Source: Vicugna vicugna (taxonomy: Eukaryota). From it: a stretch of DNA of 64,000 bases. Positions 35,945 to 49,280 of this stretch are shown in pieces. Numbering within the stretch: the first letter of the stretch is position 1; each line of letters begins with the position of its first letter. Below the pieces are notes generated by a model, which saw only the letters and a program-made list of their open reading frames with translations, was not told the DNA's origin and did no database searches. The stretch is from positions 6,948,542-7,012,541 of the forward strand of contig MU062380.1 of assembly GCA_013265495.1 (NCBI GenBank), given 5' to 3'. A program made the translations under genes and the position numbers.

Positions 35945-36490
35945 TTTATTCATTGATTCAGCGTGTCATTGAGCAATGACATGTGATATGTTCTATTTAT
36001 GGTTGTTACCAGAAATACATAGGGAATAAAATAGACAAATTCCCTGCCCCCACCAAACTTATATTGTAGTGGGAGAAACAAATTAAAAAACAAGGAAATG
36101 CATGCATATTCTATATGTTGATGGAAGGATAGATAGTAGATAAGATAGAGATAGATATACTCTCTACATGCAAGATTTTTCCGTATGATAAAGACTCTTG
36201 AGATTATGCAACAGGGCTAAAGGGATCAGGAGAAACTGGATGGGATGGGAAGGCAGCTGAGAACTCAATGGGAGGAAGCCAATCATGCGTAGAGCAAGGG
36301 AAGACATTCAAGGGATCAGCAGTGCAGACTCCCTGGTGATAGGGAACCTGACATTTTTGTAGCATAGTAGTGGGGCCAATGGGGCGGAGGGGAGGTGGGG
36401 GTGACAGCAGATGAGGTCTGTGGGGAGTACAGCCAGTCTGTTCTGCTCGGATTTCCATCATAATTAAAAATAACCTATAAGGACGGCTCT
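35945..36490 (-). mobile_element. L2 fossil
   Basis: tttattcattgattcagc...agacaaattccctgccccc...atattgtagtgggaga resembles the reverse L2 3' end. Confidence 0.7.
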
Positions 36491-36651
36491 TACATTTCCA
36501 AGGCACAGACAGAGCCCAGATTTTCCTTAATTATCATCTCCTGTTTAGTAGATTTCTGGAGAAAAAAAATACACACACACACAAAAGGCATATGTCCATC
36601 TTTAGCTGAGCCTCTGATTAATCCAGTTTTAATCCATCTACCTAATTGTAC

Positions 36652-36807
36652 NNNNNNNNNNNNNNNNNNNNNNNNNNNNNNNNNNNNNNNNNNNNNNNNN
36701 NNNNNNNNNNNNNNNNNNNNNNNNNNNNNNNNNNNNNNNNNNNNNNNNNNNNNNNNNNNNNNNNNNNNNNNNNNNNNNNNNNNNNNNNNNNNNNNNNNNN
36801 NNNNNNN
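36652..36807. other. N-run, 156 bp
   Basis: Seen directly. Confidence 1.
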
Positions 36808-39800
36808 TTGATTTAGCACAAGAGGTGAAAGCTGCAGTGATGGGGCACAACTACAATGTGTAGTTGGGTTCTTGCTGAAGAGAGGTCAGTGGTGTCTGCA
36901 GATATGCCCAGCTCAGGCTTCTGGAACCAGCTTCTGCACCCATCCAAAGGGCAGAGGGAAGGAAACTTGATTTATATGTTGAGTGTACAAAATTTCAACC
37001 TAAGACCATTCTCTGCTCATACTAACCATATGCCTGGACAAACCATTATGATCAGCATGCAGAGGGTAGATTCAACGAATGTTTATATCTACCTTCCCTG
37101 GTATATTAAAGCTGTGTGGGATCTTTTCAAAAGTTACAAGTGTGGAAACAGACTCAGAGAGGCAATCATTGATAAAGGCTGCCCACTTGCAATAGTCAGA
37201 ATTAGCTGTCTTCCTACAGGAAGCCTTCCCTGATACCTCAGTACTAGTTAGGGAGCTCCTTCCTGTTCCACTGATGCCACGTACACAGCAGTTACACTGC
37301 TGGTATCGTTCTCACTAAGCTTTGAGGCTCCTTTAGACCAGAGAATCATCATATGCACACTTATATCTGAAGTGATGAGAAATAGATCTGAAACCTGACA
37401 GCACTCCATGTATATTAGGTGAATGAGCGAACCCATGTTGATTTCAAATGAGACAAGATTAATTACAGTAAAATACCTTCTCCACACCAACATCTTCACC
37501 TTATAATCTCTTCTCTGTCCTCACTTTTCCTTACTATTTGATACTGTCTTAGGTGATGGAGTCAGGAGTGACAGGGAAGAAGCGGCTCTAGAATTTCAGA
37601 GGATTTAAGTAGTCTGCCTGTTGCTCTATCCATCCTAATGGGGCATTGTTGGATGTTAAATAATCCGACTGTGGAAACCCAGATGCTTGTTGCTTAAGTA
37701 AATAGGACAGGGATTTAAGAAGCATGATGTGTGATTGAGTTAAAATGCGCTATTATCCAACATTTGCACAAATATTCGGCATAGTCATGATTCAGAGGAC
37801 CCAACTCAAGCTGAGACTTTAGCAGAAACAATCTTAAAATGCAAACAAACGAAAACCCTCAGCAATACTTAGAAACCTTTCCTAACAAGCTTTAACCTTA
37901 GCAACGAATGTGTTTAGGTAACTCAGAGACTCCCCAGGATGCCTGTGTGATTCTTATTAACAAATATGAAAGCATTTGAAAACTGTAAAATACACATGTG
38001 GCTTTCTTACTTTTTTTTCCCCCATTTTGTTGTTTTTCCTCTCCTCCAAGCTCCTTTCCTTATCCACAGACCCAGGAACTTCCAATCATCTATTGTTCCT
38101 TGGCGGGACAGAAATCAAGAAGACTAGGGCCGGGTGGTGGCGAGTAGGGGTTAAGGGGACAGGTAGGCTGACTGCCAAGCCATGCAGCCCTAAGAGAGCT
38201 TGTGCAGGGAGTTTTGTAAGGAGGACAAAGCCTAGAATTGCTGCCAGAACTATAGGTCACAGAGATTTATCAGACCAGGACGTCTAAAAAAAGTATAGCC
38301 TTGGAATGTGTACATATACACACATACATACATACACACCTGTACAGACAAACGAAGTTGTGAGTGCAGAAGTAACACAACCAGTAAATGCCAATCTTCT
38401 TATTTCTTTTGAATGAAACCTGTAAACTCCTTTTGCTAATATTTTTTAGAAACATGGTATTAAGATAGGGGCTAGTGTGGTATTATAAAATGTGCCTGAA
38501 ATTAAACATCAGAAAATCAGGATTTTAATCCCAAACCAAACATGCTGATTTTATTACATGACCATTAGCAATAGAAACTTCCTCTTTTGCATCTATATAA
38601 ATTCTGTGAAATTGTGATAATCAAAGAAGTTGAACCACAGAGGGTTCCCATGAAAGGAAACTGAGATGTGCCACGTAGACGATAGCTTTTTAAAACATTA
38701 TAATAGGGCATAGTTTCCCAACTCTGATTACAAAGTGAGCCCTCATGATGTCCTGGCATCATTGGGGAAAGATTTAGAGGCACTGGCTTCAGAATCTCTC
38801 TCTCCCTCTGTTTTCTGACCAGAACTAGTTTTCTAGGGAAGGATCTCCCAGGAACCAGGCGACTTCACCAAACCGCACAGGTCGTGGAATATTACCCACA
38901 CCAATCCATACACGAGACATGTGTACTGCCACTCACAGACTCTCTAAGAATAATTCTCTAAGACCACGTATTGCCAGCCCCATGAGATTATCTAAGCTTT
39001 TACTTAGAAGAGCAGTAATTTGTTGTAGACCAGCACTAGAATTCATTTTCATATGCCAAAATGCTAATGTGAATGTGCAGAAAGAACCTTTGTCTCTGGG
39101 GGCAAAGGAGGCGGATCCATTAATGTTCTTTCTTTTCTGCCCTACTTCCCTTTTATTTTCTTTTCTGCTTGAGGGTGAGTTATTTTGACATGATTATGCA
39201 CTCTCACTCCAGCATCCCAATCCGCTTTTCCCCACCCTCGCCTGCCAAACCCCATCTATTTAGTCTGTGTGTGTTTGTGTGTGTGCATTTTGTAGCTTTT
39301 CTATCTAAATGTTTCTCAGAAAAGGTCCACTAAAGATAAGGCTTTACATCCCTGTTAAATCTGACATAGAAATCCGTCTAATTTTGAAGGATAATCTGCT
39401 GCATTGTCTCTTTTCGGTGTGTAAACACTACACCCTAATGCTCTTTGATTTGGAATATTTTTTGGCACTAAACCCATCCATAAGATAGCTTGGATCTCAG
39501 TTGCTTCTGTTGTGACTTTCTTGGCAGTCAGTATTCCTAGCGTTTGCTTGGGAAGGAGAGGTTGATAGATTGGAGAATTTCTTAAGCCCACGGTGCAGCC
39601 ATTCCTAAAGCCTAGACAAGGCTTATGTACTTGACCTGTCAGATAGCAGCAGAATAGTCATGAAGCTAACTTGTGGGGTTGTCGCATGGTCCAACGGCGT
39701 ACTTCCTGCTCAGTGTTCCGTTATGTTTAGTACAAATAAAAGGGGTTAACCACAGATGGTTCATTTAGTTCACCTTATGAATATGGCATTACTTGCTATT

Positions 39801-40026
39801 TACAGACTAGGGTAAAAATTAAAATGTTTACTCTCATAATGCTGATAATATAAAATCATACTGCTATATTAACTTATAGATTAAATGGAAACATCCTGCA
39901 AAAATATTAATTCATGCTATTTTTATTGCAATATAATATTTCTTGCTTCCTCATTGTGGTAGGTACAATACAAAAGAAAACTGCATGTTCCTTGTCCCAA
40001 AACAAAGTACATAGTTCTAAAGCTGA

Positions 40027-40178
40027 ATTCTCCAATATGACAGTCACCTGCCACATTTGGCTATTTAAATTTTAAGTAGCTTTAATAAAATAAAATTCAA
40101 CAGTTCCTCATCTGCACTAGCTGCTTTTCAAGTCGTCAGCAGCCACACGTGGCTGGGGACTCTTCGTTGAAAAGCACG
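40027..40178. mobile_element. MER3/MER33-type hAT-Charlie MITE
   Basis: tccaatatgacagtcacctgccacatttggcta...cagttcctcatctgcactagc...agccacacgtggct. Confidence 0.85.
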
Positions 40179-40235
40179 TCTATAGAGTGTTTCCATCGTT
40201 GCAGAAAGTTCTGTCAGAAAGCATTGTAAATATTC

Positions 40236-40392
40236 TTTTTCTAAATGTGGTCTGTTTCTGCTTATTAAAAACACAAACTTTTGACCCATTCAAGATCTAC
40301 TGAATCAGAATCTCAGGCATGCAGCCGTCAAACCTGCATGTTAACAAATTTCTCAGATGTTCTCTATCTGCAGTGAAATTTACGAACGCTTC
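40236..40392. mobile_element. MER5A-type MITE
   Basis: agatctactgaatcagaatctc...ctgcatgttaacaa. Confidence 0.8.
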
Positions 40393-43374
40393 ATAGAACA
40401 TGTCTACATATCCATGACACGTTTATACACCCATCACCAAAACGTTGACAAATACGTTTTATTGTAAATAGTTCTCCCTTGTTTGTTTCAGTTTTGTTAT
40501 TTTTCTCTCTTTTTTTTTTTCACTGAGATATATTCTCCCTCATGTTTTAGGGGGTCATAAAGTAATTCTCACCAGAATAATTACTAAATGGTTTGATTGG
40601 AAGTGACTAGCGAAAATCATCATCTCTTCTTTTTGCTAATGACTACATTAGCAAACATAACCAGGGAATAAAGTAAAAAGCATAAGGACATCTAAAGAAA
40701 CTAAAAATTCTCACTGAAAACATCATAAATCATAAAATTCTTTGAATATTCATTGAAGTCCTTCTCCTTTTGTCGGTTCTTTGATTATTACTATCACTAG
40801 AAAGTATAAAGAAAGGTAGAATCAGTGTCTCAGGAATGAAGGAGCTCTTAGAAATTATCTACTTCATCCTGCTTGCATTATGTCTGTACCGTCACACAAT
40901 TCACAGAATGCTCATGTAGCTCAGGGTCCTACACTTTGCCTAGACATATGGATCACTGGTATTGGGTCTGGGCGTGGTTGGGAGGTTCCCCAGGTGACTC
41001 TGATAATCTGGCTGCCTTAGAAACCCATTATCTGGGCTGTGATTGATCACCTTCAGCGTTCCACTTTCAGTCTCCTTCCTGAGGCTGCCTACCCAATCAT
41101 CAGAGCGCTAAGAATACCCTTCCTTAAATGGACTTGAACCTGTCTTTAAAGCTTCTACCCACAGGGCCCAGTGCTGCTTTTCAAGGCTGCATGAGATATG
41201 CCTAATTCTCCACATAATACTCCTTTCACAAAGCACACCTTCCCACTTGATACTAGCAATCGCATTCCTCCAGAGCTTCCCTTTCCCCAGTTACATCCCT
41301 GATTACGACTTGTTTTTTGTAACCATTCTATTTTAGGTATAATATTGTGTCATCACATCATAACTGGTCTCTTTCTTCCGAAAGAGCTCCAGTTTGCTTG
41401 TATCCTTAAAAAATGTAGCACTCTGAAATATTTTTTATCTATAAGTAAAGCCTGATTTAATTTAAAATATTTAACAAGCATATTCTCATCACATCTTACT
41501 TCCTGCCCACCAAAACGCCAGCTGACATCCTTTCATGTGCATTGTTACCCGTCTCAGACACCAAACATGTGTTTGGCTAATCTCACCACTGCTTTATATA
41601 TATATATATAAAGCACCACTGTGCTTTATACACACACATACACACACACATACACACACATATATGTATCTCCAGCATTTTTCCTTGAAGCCCAGCCCAA
41701 ATTAGAAGGGTTTTATGTGACTTCCTGCATTCTTTTACTCAACTTTCAGGATTTTCAGCAGTGATATCTTTCCCTTCCTATGACAGGTAGTAGAAAAGGA
41801 TCTGATAATTTCTGATGCAAGTCAGTCCTAGAGGTCTCTTTTCCCTTCTTTCATTTTCTTTCCTGCAGTGTGGAATTACAGGTTTGCCACCCCCTGCCTG
41901 GGAACTCTGAGGGAGACCTAAAGAGAACTGGAATTTTCACCAGTGCCCTAAATCACCATTATTAAGTCCAAAGAGCACATCCTGTACAGGAAAATTGCAG
42001 CGGCATATGGGCAGCCCTCTGCACTTCATATGTTATCCATCACATTACAGAGCCCTGCCACATGTTCCTGAAGTGGCCAGGGAAGAACTTGGCTCAGTGC
42101 TTGCTGAATAGGGCCTCTTAATCTGTTTTACAGCAAACGGTTTTGCAATTACCATGGGCATCACGAACCCGACTGATATTTGAGCTTTGTCCTGACAAGT
42201 CTGTAACAAATGAACATATGACTCAAAGATAATCCACTGAAATTAATGGAAAAGAGAACTAGAGAAATGGAGAAAGGGTTTATTGGTTATAAGTAGAGAA
42301 GGAAGAAACCTCAGCTCTCTCTTTGATTTGGGCTTTGATTTTGGCTGATTCATATATGTATGCACATGTATGTTTCAAATGTGTACTGTATGTTCCTAAT
42401 ATATGTTTCAGACACACATGTGCGTGCACACACACTTTTATGTCCATCACATATTTATAATCAGGCAACATGTTAGGCATTTTTTTTTTTAAGTCATCAA
42501 AACTAAACCTCTGTGCCTTCCCTCATGAGATAGTCTAGTGAATGAGAACAGACATGATCAAATCGTCTCGGAGATAAATGTAAAATTGTAGCTACCACAG
42601 TGCTTCACAGAAGTGTATCGTGCTATGAGTCTACAGGGGGGATTTTGTGTTCACCTGGTTGATAAAGGAAGGCATTCGCGATAATAATGGAGGTGCGATC
42701 TGAGGCAATGACCCGAAAACACTTTTTATACTCCGAATATGCATTTATAATGTGTGAAGTACCTGTGTATATTCCTGTCTATAGATATCTCAATATTTTC
42801 AAAGCATAATTGGCCTTTAAGTTAGGTAAAAGTGAACAGAAATAAAAGGTTTTTTTTTTTTCTTTCTTGTCCCCAAAGAAATGGCTTTCATTCCTCATAG
42901 GGTGCGTGCCTTTTACTTTGGAAACTCCTCTTTGAGGATGTTGATAATCTGACTAAGCAAAATGAGTAGGGGTGGGGGGGAAATATGTGTCAAGCACTTG
43001 AAGGAGGAGGGAACGAGGCCTATTTAAAGAGCTGAAGGGAGCCCAGGGCAGATAAAAGGGAGAGGGTGCAGTGAGGTGAGACTCAAGAAGAGCTTAGGTC
43101 CCAGACCAGACAGGGCATTGCTGAACCCAGTAAAGTCTGAGGTCATTAACCTAAGACCCATGGGAAGCTGTGAAAAGTTTAATCGGTGGGTGAGATTCCT
43201 TTTGAGTTTTGAAAGATTTTAACTAATTGTGGACAATAGATTTTACCATAACATGTTAAACCTTGAGCAACTGATTCTGTCAGTGAATGGGTCACTTAAG
43301 ATAAATGAAAGTGTATGAAGATACACTTTGTGTTCCACACTTTGCTATAAAAAATGGCTTTCTAAACAAGTATA

Positions 43375-43475
43375 AGAAAATGTTAATTGTAGAGTCTGAG
43401 TGGTGGATATATGTGTTCACTGGATAGACCAACTTTTCTGTATGTCTAAATTTTTTTCATATTAAAACCTTGGGG
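43375..43475 (+). mobile_element. Old L1ME-type 3' end
   Basis: aaatgttaattgtagagtctgagtggtggatatatgtgttcactg...caacttttctgtatgtctaaa. Confidence 0.75.
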
Positions 43476-45134
43476 AAAGTAAGGAATTTTAAAAAATGCC
43501 TTTCTAAAGTAGTCAAGGTATGTAATGTACCAAGTGCCATAACACATATAACTGGATCTTTGGTTTCACAGTTTCTCAAGATGGGCCAATGTATTTGTGA
43601 TCGACAGTTAATATCCAGTGCCTATCATCATCTGAATCACATCTCTTTTGGCATATTGCTGCTTTATTGTCTGAAAATATTTAATAGACCAGCAAGTAAG
43701 TGCTTTACTTACGATAACTCTGTTAATCCTCACAACTGCGCTAAGAGGTATACAGGCCCAGGAAAACCATTAAGCTGCTTATATTATAGGTTACCATTAC
43801 AGGTTATTCCATGATATGAGCTATTTTGGGAGACTTTCCATTTTTATTTGAGTATGCAGACACAGATTTAAAATGTTGAGCTTGCTAGAGCTCTAGTATA
43901 TTCATTGGTTTTGATGCCCCCAAAACAAAGATTTGACCATAATTTTATATAAAATCTATCTTGTTTTTTCTTTTTCTCATTTGCAGAGCAAATATACTAG
44001 ATCTCATTAGTCAAAGTAATGAATAAGCAGTTGCTAAGTACTGTAAATGTTATAATTTGGACTAGGTTTTAGTTAAAGGCAAAGTGTTAAAACTACTGTT
44101 AAAAAAATCTCACAAGATTGAATTAAGAGGTATCTAGGTAGAGTGCCCGTTTACCTCTGGAACTGGTTCTCAGCCCTTAGCAATGGCTGAGAGAAAGACA
44201 ATCTAATTGATTCAATGCCAATTCTCCTCTAAATAATATGACAGCCCACCCATACTTTCCTGTGAATTTGTAATCACATTATGGTTACCATCCTATAAAA
44301 GTTCTGTTGTTCTAAATTAAATCCACTATTGGTTTTATGTATCATCATTATTCTATACAAAAATTTTTTAAAAAGATTTATATACCTCGCTATGCTGGAG
44401 TTGGGAAAATGGACTGTAGTCCACTTAGTAAAGTGGAACAATTTGAGGATTCCAGGTTGATCTTATTCTTTCTCCTTAATCACTAGAATCATTATCAGGA
44501 AATGCGTGTGGCCTCTTCAGCACCAAAGCTATTTTCATCCTTGTTGAGTTCTTTTGCCTAGTCAATTTACTAAAGAGATAGCACAGTTTGATAAGTCATC
44601 TTTTCTTAGGAAAAAAGCAAGCCCTCCGTAGCATGTGGCATAATTTAAAGCCATTATTCAGGAGAAACCTGCAGAGCTGAGCTCCTAAATACAGAATCAC
44701 TCTCATTTTCCCATTGTTGGATTGAATCATTAGCTAAGTCATCATAGGTACAATATAAGAAATCCCTTTGAGTTCTCAGATGGACTGGAGTGGCTGAAAG
44801 ATAACAGGGGGGCTTTTGCTTTGGAGGAACTTGTGCAGAATGTGAGATCCAACTTCAAGGAATTTTGCAACAATGCCTAATGTGGTTCTAAACAATCAGA
44901 GTTCTTTTTTCAGAGGAGGGTTTTTGTTTTGGTTTTTTTTTTTCAGTTTAAACATTTTTCTGACTCTGTATTTCTTCAGTGTAGGTCCTTTTTTAAGTAT
45001 AAAAGACAGTTTAAAAAATTATAGTATCATGGAAATGTAAACACTGGTAATATTTTGACAAATTTACTTCTAATCTTTTTAAAGCATTTGTTTATTTGTA
45101 TTATTTAGAGCTCTTCTTTATTACAGAATTTTTT

Positions 45135-45248
45135 TTAACAGCAGAAACTTTTTAAAATCTATTTTTGTATATAGTGGCTGACATCTGTAAATCTCAGACT
45201 CCCAAATTTATCCCTCCCCACCCACTTTCCCCAGTAACCATAAGATAA
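45135..45248 (-). mobile_element. Short lineage-specific LINE-1 3' UTR fragment
   Basis: aatctcagactcccaaatttatccctcccc...cccagtaaccataag; possible degraded TSD tacagaattttt / tacagatattttt. Confidence 0.8.
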
Positions 45249-45734
45249 TACAGATATTTTTTACATGTTTCATGGTGTATAAGTGACAAAACCAGTGGGA
45301 TGGAATACCGAGACTGGGTTTTAGTCCACACTTTTCTAATGATATGTTTATAACTTTAGATAAGTTATGTGTGTGCATGTGTATGTATTTATAATGCATT
45401 TCACTGTGGGTCTTATTTTCTTCTTTTCTAAATAATTGAACTTTATGATCTGGATCTTCCTGCAGGTTCTACCTCACATGATCTTCTGTAATTCCAATTA
45501 CCACCATTAGAATTTAATTTACATTTACATAAGAATGTCAACCATATAATTTCTCCCTCTGTGTATCTGGATGCCTAAAACAGTGAACCTGGCATATAGA
45601 GGTTGCTCAGTCAATGCTTGTTGATCCAATCATTGCTTAATAAAGGACCTAAGTGGAGATGCAATCAGTAGCCTTTTGAGGTTGGACAAGCTCAATTTAG
45701 TACAGCTCAGGCACATTGTAGCATAATTTCACCG

Positions 45735-45985
45735 TTGAGGCACTGCAGTGTTATGGTTAGAGGGGCAGACCCTGAAGGCAGATTGCTGGACGTACACACC
45801 AGCTCCTCCATTTACCAGCTAGGACCTTCTGCACATTCTTTGGCATTAAGTTATTGTTTAAATATTAGAATATGGGTGATAAATGTAGATAAATTATGAA
45901 GTGATTATTAGGAGTAAGTAAGTTTATACATTGAAAGTGCTTAGAAGGGTGCCTGCCACAAAGTAAGGCCCTCAGTAAGTGTTTG
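45735..45985 (+). mobile_element. MIR SINE
   Basis: cagtgttatggttagagg...aaagtgcttagaagggtgcctgccacaaagtaaggccctcagtaagtg. Confidence 0.8.
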
Positions 45986-46779
45986 CAATTAGTCCTTGTG
46001 TGTATTCCAAGTCTACCGAATGAGAATAAGCCCAAAGAAAGTCTTGGCATTAAAAAATTGTTTTTTAAACATAATCAAAATAAAATAACTTTTGTATCAA
46101 GAGTTTTATCATACCTCATCTGGACTAGGAACCAAACAAGCTTGGTGAGGAAGAACAAAGTCCCAGAATTTTCGTAGACCAGAGGTGACAGATAGTCAGG
46201 GAGGCTTGAGATCAGGTCCAGAGAGGTCAAATCAGCTAAAAAGGAAAGAAGAAAACATCAAATAGAAATATATATAAATTCTTATTCCTTTGTTCACCAA
46301 CTAATTGCTGATCTCATTATAGTTAGTCTTATGTCACTTCTGGACCCCTCACTTAATAAAGAATATGCACCTAGTCAACCTTCTCCATGTGTCTAGAGGC
46401 AAGTGGCTAGCAGAGTTTGTGGAGTCAGGAAGTGAAGGGGATTCTCTAGACTGCATTATAATGAACAAATGAAGAAAGCTGGGGCACCTGCTCCTTCTCA
46501 GTTGAGTTGGTCAACTGGAGTTTGGAGTTTGGTCTCCATGGGCAAGTCCCAGGAAAGCAGGTACTGTGTCCACTCTGAGGTTCAATAGCAAAGTCAGAAT
46601 TCTGTCTCTTCCTCACCACCTCCCCTAGCATTAAGCACCTAAAGGGAAGAGATTGAACTGATGAACAGAAGAGGTATAAGAGATATTTTTGTACTTAAAA
46701 AAAAAAATTTAAAGATGGAGAGGATAGCAGGCTTCCATATTTAAAGTTATAGTGAACTTTATATGCTCCCTAATTACAC

Positions 46780-47260
46780 CAATCTCCCTCTATTCTCTAG
46801 GCCTTTGAATATATTACCTTTGCTTGGTATACCCATTTCATTGCTTATACTTGGATAACACCTATATATTTTAGAAACTCATCTGACATGTTACCATCTC
46901 TAGGAAACCCATTCTTACAATGTCCTCTTCACCTCAGCTCAGGCTTAGGTAAACAAACATCCTCCTTCCTAACCCAATAGCACCTTATGCATGTATCCCT
47001 TACAGTCTAATGCAATGTTCATAAATTCCACTGTTGCTTTTTTTGTCTTCCTCATTAATTTGTAAGATTCTTTTTAATTTTTCTTTTTATACATATATAT
47101 ATATTCCTTTTCATATTATTTTTTATTATAGCCATTACAAGGTATTGAATATAGTTTCCTATGCTATATAGTAGGACCTTGTTGTTTATCTATTTTATAT
47201 ATAGTAGTTAGTTTGTAGTTGTAAGATTCTTGATGCTAATGACTTTGACTTTCAGCTTGG
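46780..47260 (+). mobile_element. L2 3' end, split by an L1 insertion
   Basis: tctaggcctttgaa...ctctaggaaacc...ttgtaagattctt[L1]gatgctaatgact follows the L2 3' consensus. Confidence 0.6.
47073..47218 (-). mobile_element. Very short LINE-1 3' end with 13-bp TSD
   Basis: ttgtaagattctt at 47060-47072 and 47219-47231; L1 motif gtattgaatatagtttcctatgctatatagtaggaccttgttg. Confidence 0.92.
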
Positions 47261-47959
47261 TATCCTTAGGATCTACTTTTGCTCAATATGAGGAAGGATT
47301 TTGAAATAACAGGGTTTAAAATGGGCTATCACAAGCAGAAACTCTGTAAGTGCTAGTTAAGAATGGAGAATAGGCTGTGATCCCTATGCCCCCTCCCTCA
47401 TCAGAGATTCTGTGGAATGACTCTTCCAGTCCTTAAAGCAGATCCAGTAGGCTACTACCTGGAAATAATTTATGAGCCAGAAGTAGTTTACTTAACATAT
47501 GCTCAAGTAGTGAAATTGCATTTCTTTATTATATTTTGCAATTCGATTTCTACCCAGTCAGCAAGTTTCTCTTCTCTCCAAATTAGTAATTTTTATTATA
47601 CCATTACATCCTCATATTTTTTCTTTTTATTTTAAAACTTGCTTCTAACATTTTGGGGTCAAATTAAAACTGCTTGTGCCAAACTGTCTTAGGGCATTTT
47701 CCAGCCCTTGAGGTAGATAGCAATACGGCTTTTTTTTCATCACATCTTTAATCATTCTGACTTCTGTAACTATGCATCACTTATCATCAAGCCCCTTTTC
47801 ATGGCCCTCAGTGCTCTTTGACCCCCTTCTCTCATCTCTAGCTTTTCTTTGGCCAGACTTTCCTATTGACAACAGAAGGACCATTTTCACTTTTCTTTCT
47901 GCTGCCATGTAGTTGGTATTTGAATTATTTCACCTAAAGCATTCATTAGCAGTAAAAAG

Positions 47960-48017
47960 GAACGAACGAACGAACGAACGAACTAAAGAAAGAAAGAAAG
48001 AGAAAAAGAAAAGAAAA
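47960..48017. repeat. (GAAC)6 followed by (GAAA)n compound microsatellite
   Basis: Seen directly. Confidence 0.92.
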
Positions 48018-49232
48018 CATAGTACTGCTGAAAAATACTTTATTCTTGAGGGTTATAAAAAGTTCTTTAAACCAAGTGTCCAAGAATATTTAAGTCAACA
48101 GGTACAGATGTTACACTTAATTAGCAAACAATAGCTAGTCTCTTCTAGAGGAGAATAACTAGCTATTTTATGAATTAAAGATCTGTTTATACATTGGGAA
48201 TTTAAAAAGCAATTTGTTGACTTAAATAAACTCTTCAATAAATTTGGTATCTTGTGTTAGTTTAATTGAAAGTGATGACTAAGTTCAGGCCCTGCGGTGG
48301 AAGCAAGTGTGTGAAATTCTAACACACTCATCAGGTCAGAAGAGTGTAATTTATTAATTAAAGCATACTCAGTGGCCTTAGTGAAGTCTGTATACTTTTG
48401 AATCAGCATTGTACATTGATTCCAGCATTTTATAAGTCATCTAATAATTGCACATATTAATTGCAGCCAGATTAATGAATGTAGTTATTGCTGTTTTATA
48501 CGTACCCTGAGTAATAGTCAATGCTGTAGTTGTTTCAACAGTATATATACATATTTGGTAGTGTTGTGGATATATCTCTCAGCTGCTAAAGTCAGTATAT
48601 GTATAAGAAATGCTTCCAGTCACCCAGAGAGCCCCCTCTTTGAGAAAAAAAGATATTTATTCAAGAGCCCTATCAAAAAAGAAGTGCATCACCGTCACGG
48701 CAAAGTCTCCGTCCCTGAGATCTTGCCAAGGAACAGTACATATTCCGATAAATGAACCACTGAATGCTGTCTGTAATAGCAACAGCTGGCACCTCACAGA
48801 TAACGCCGAGCTGCCCAGCCCCCATAGATGAGAAAATAGGCATCAACTAAGTCGAATTTTTGTAGACCTGAAGTCTGCTGAATACTCACTGAAAGAGAGC
48901 AAAACGTGCATTAGACCTCGCTGACAAATGCCCAAGGTTCAATCTCTCACACATTTCTGCAGACCAACAAAAACGGGAGTGAAAGGGATTATCTCCATCC
49001 TGAAATTTTCAACATGGTCAAAGGGACTGTAAAATCCTTCTGGTGAGCAAGCCAGCTTTAATGGTCGGGAACAAATGCTTCTTTAGTCACAGGCCAAGCC
49101 TTTCGGATTTGTTGTAATTTCCCCTTAGGCACAGCAAAGGCAATACGCAACCACCACCTCTATCCCAGCCTGCTTTCCAGCCCTTTTCCACCAAACTGTT
49201 TTCTCTTCCTCTTTTCTTTCCCTTTCTTCCAG

Positions 49233-49280
49233 GACAAATCTAACTATACTGCGGAGTCTCCTAGAGTCTACACTTTGAGG
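49233..49280 (+). CDS. Candidate 48-nt frame-preserving internal exon (DKSNYTAESPRVYTLR)
   Basis: About 30-nt near-pure pyrimidine tract plus CAG|G acceptor; AGG|GTATGA donor; length 16 codons; only frame 0 open; no homologue recognised. Confidence 0.25.

Noticed and set aside
41869-41990. Strong plus acceptor ttttctttcctgcAG
   Set aside because: All frames close and no good donor nearby
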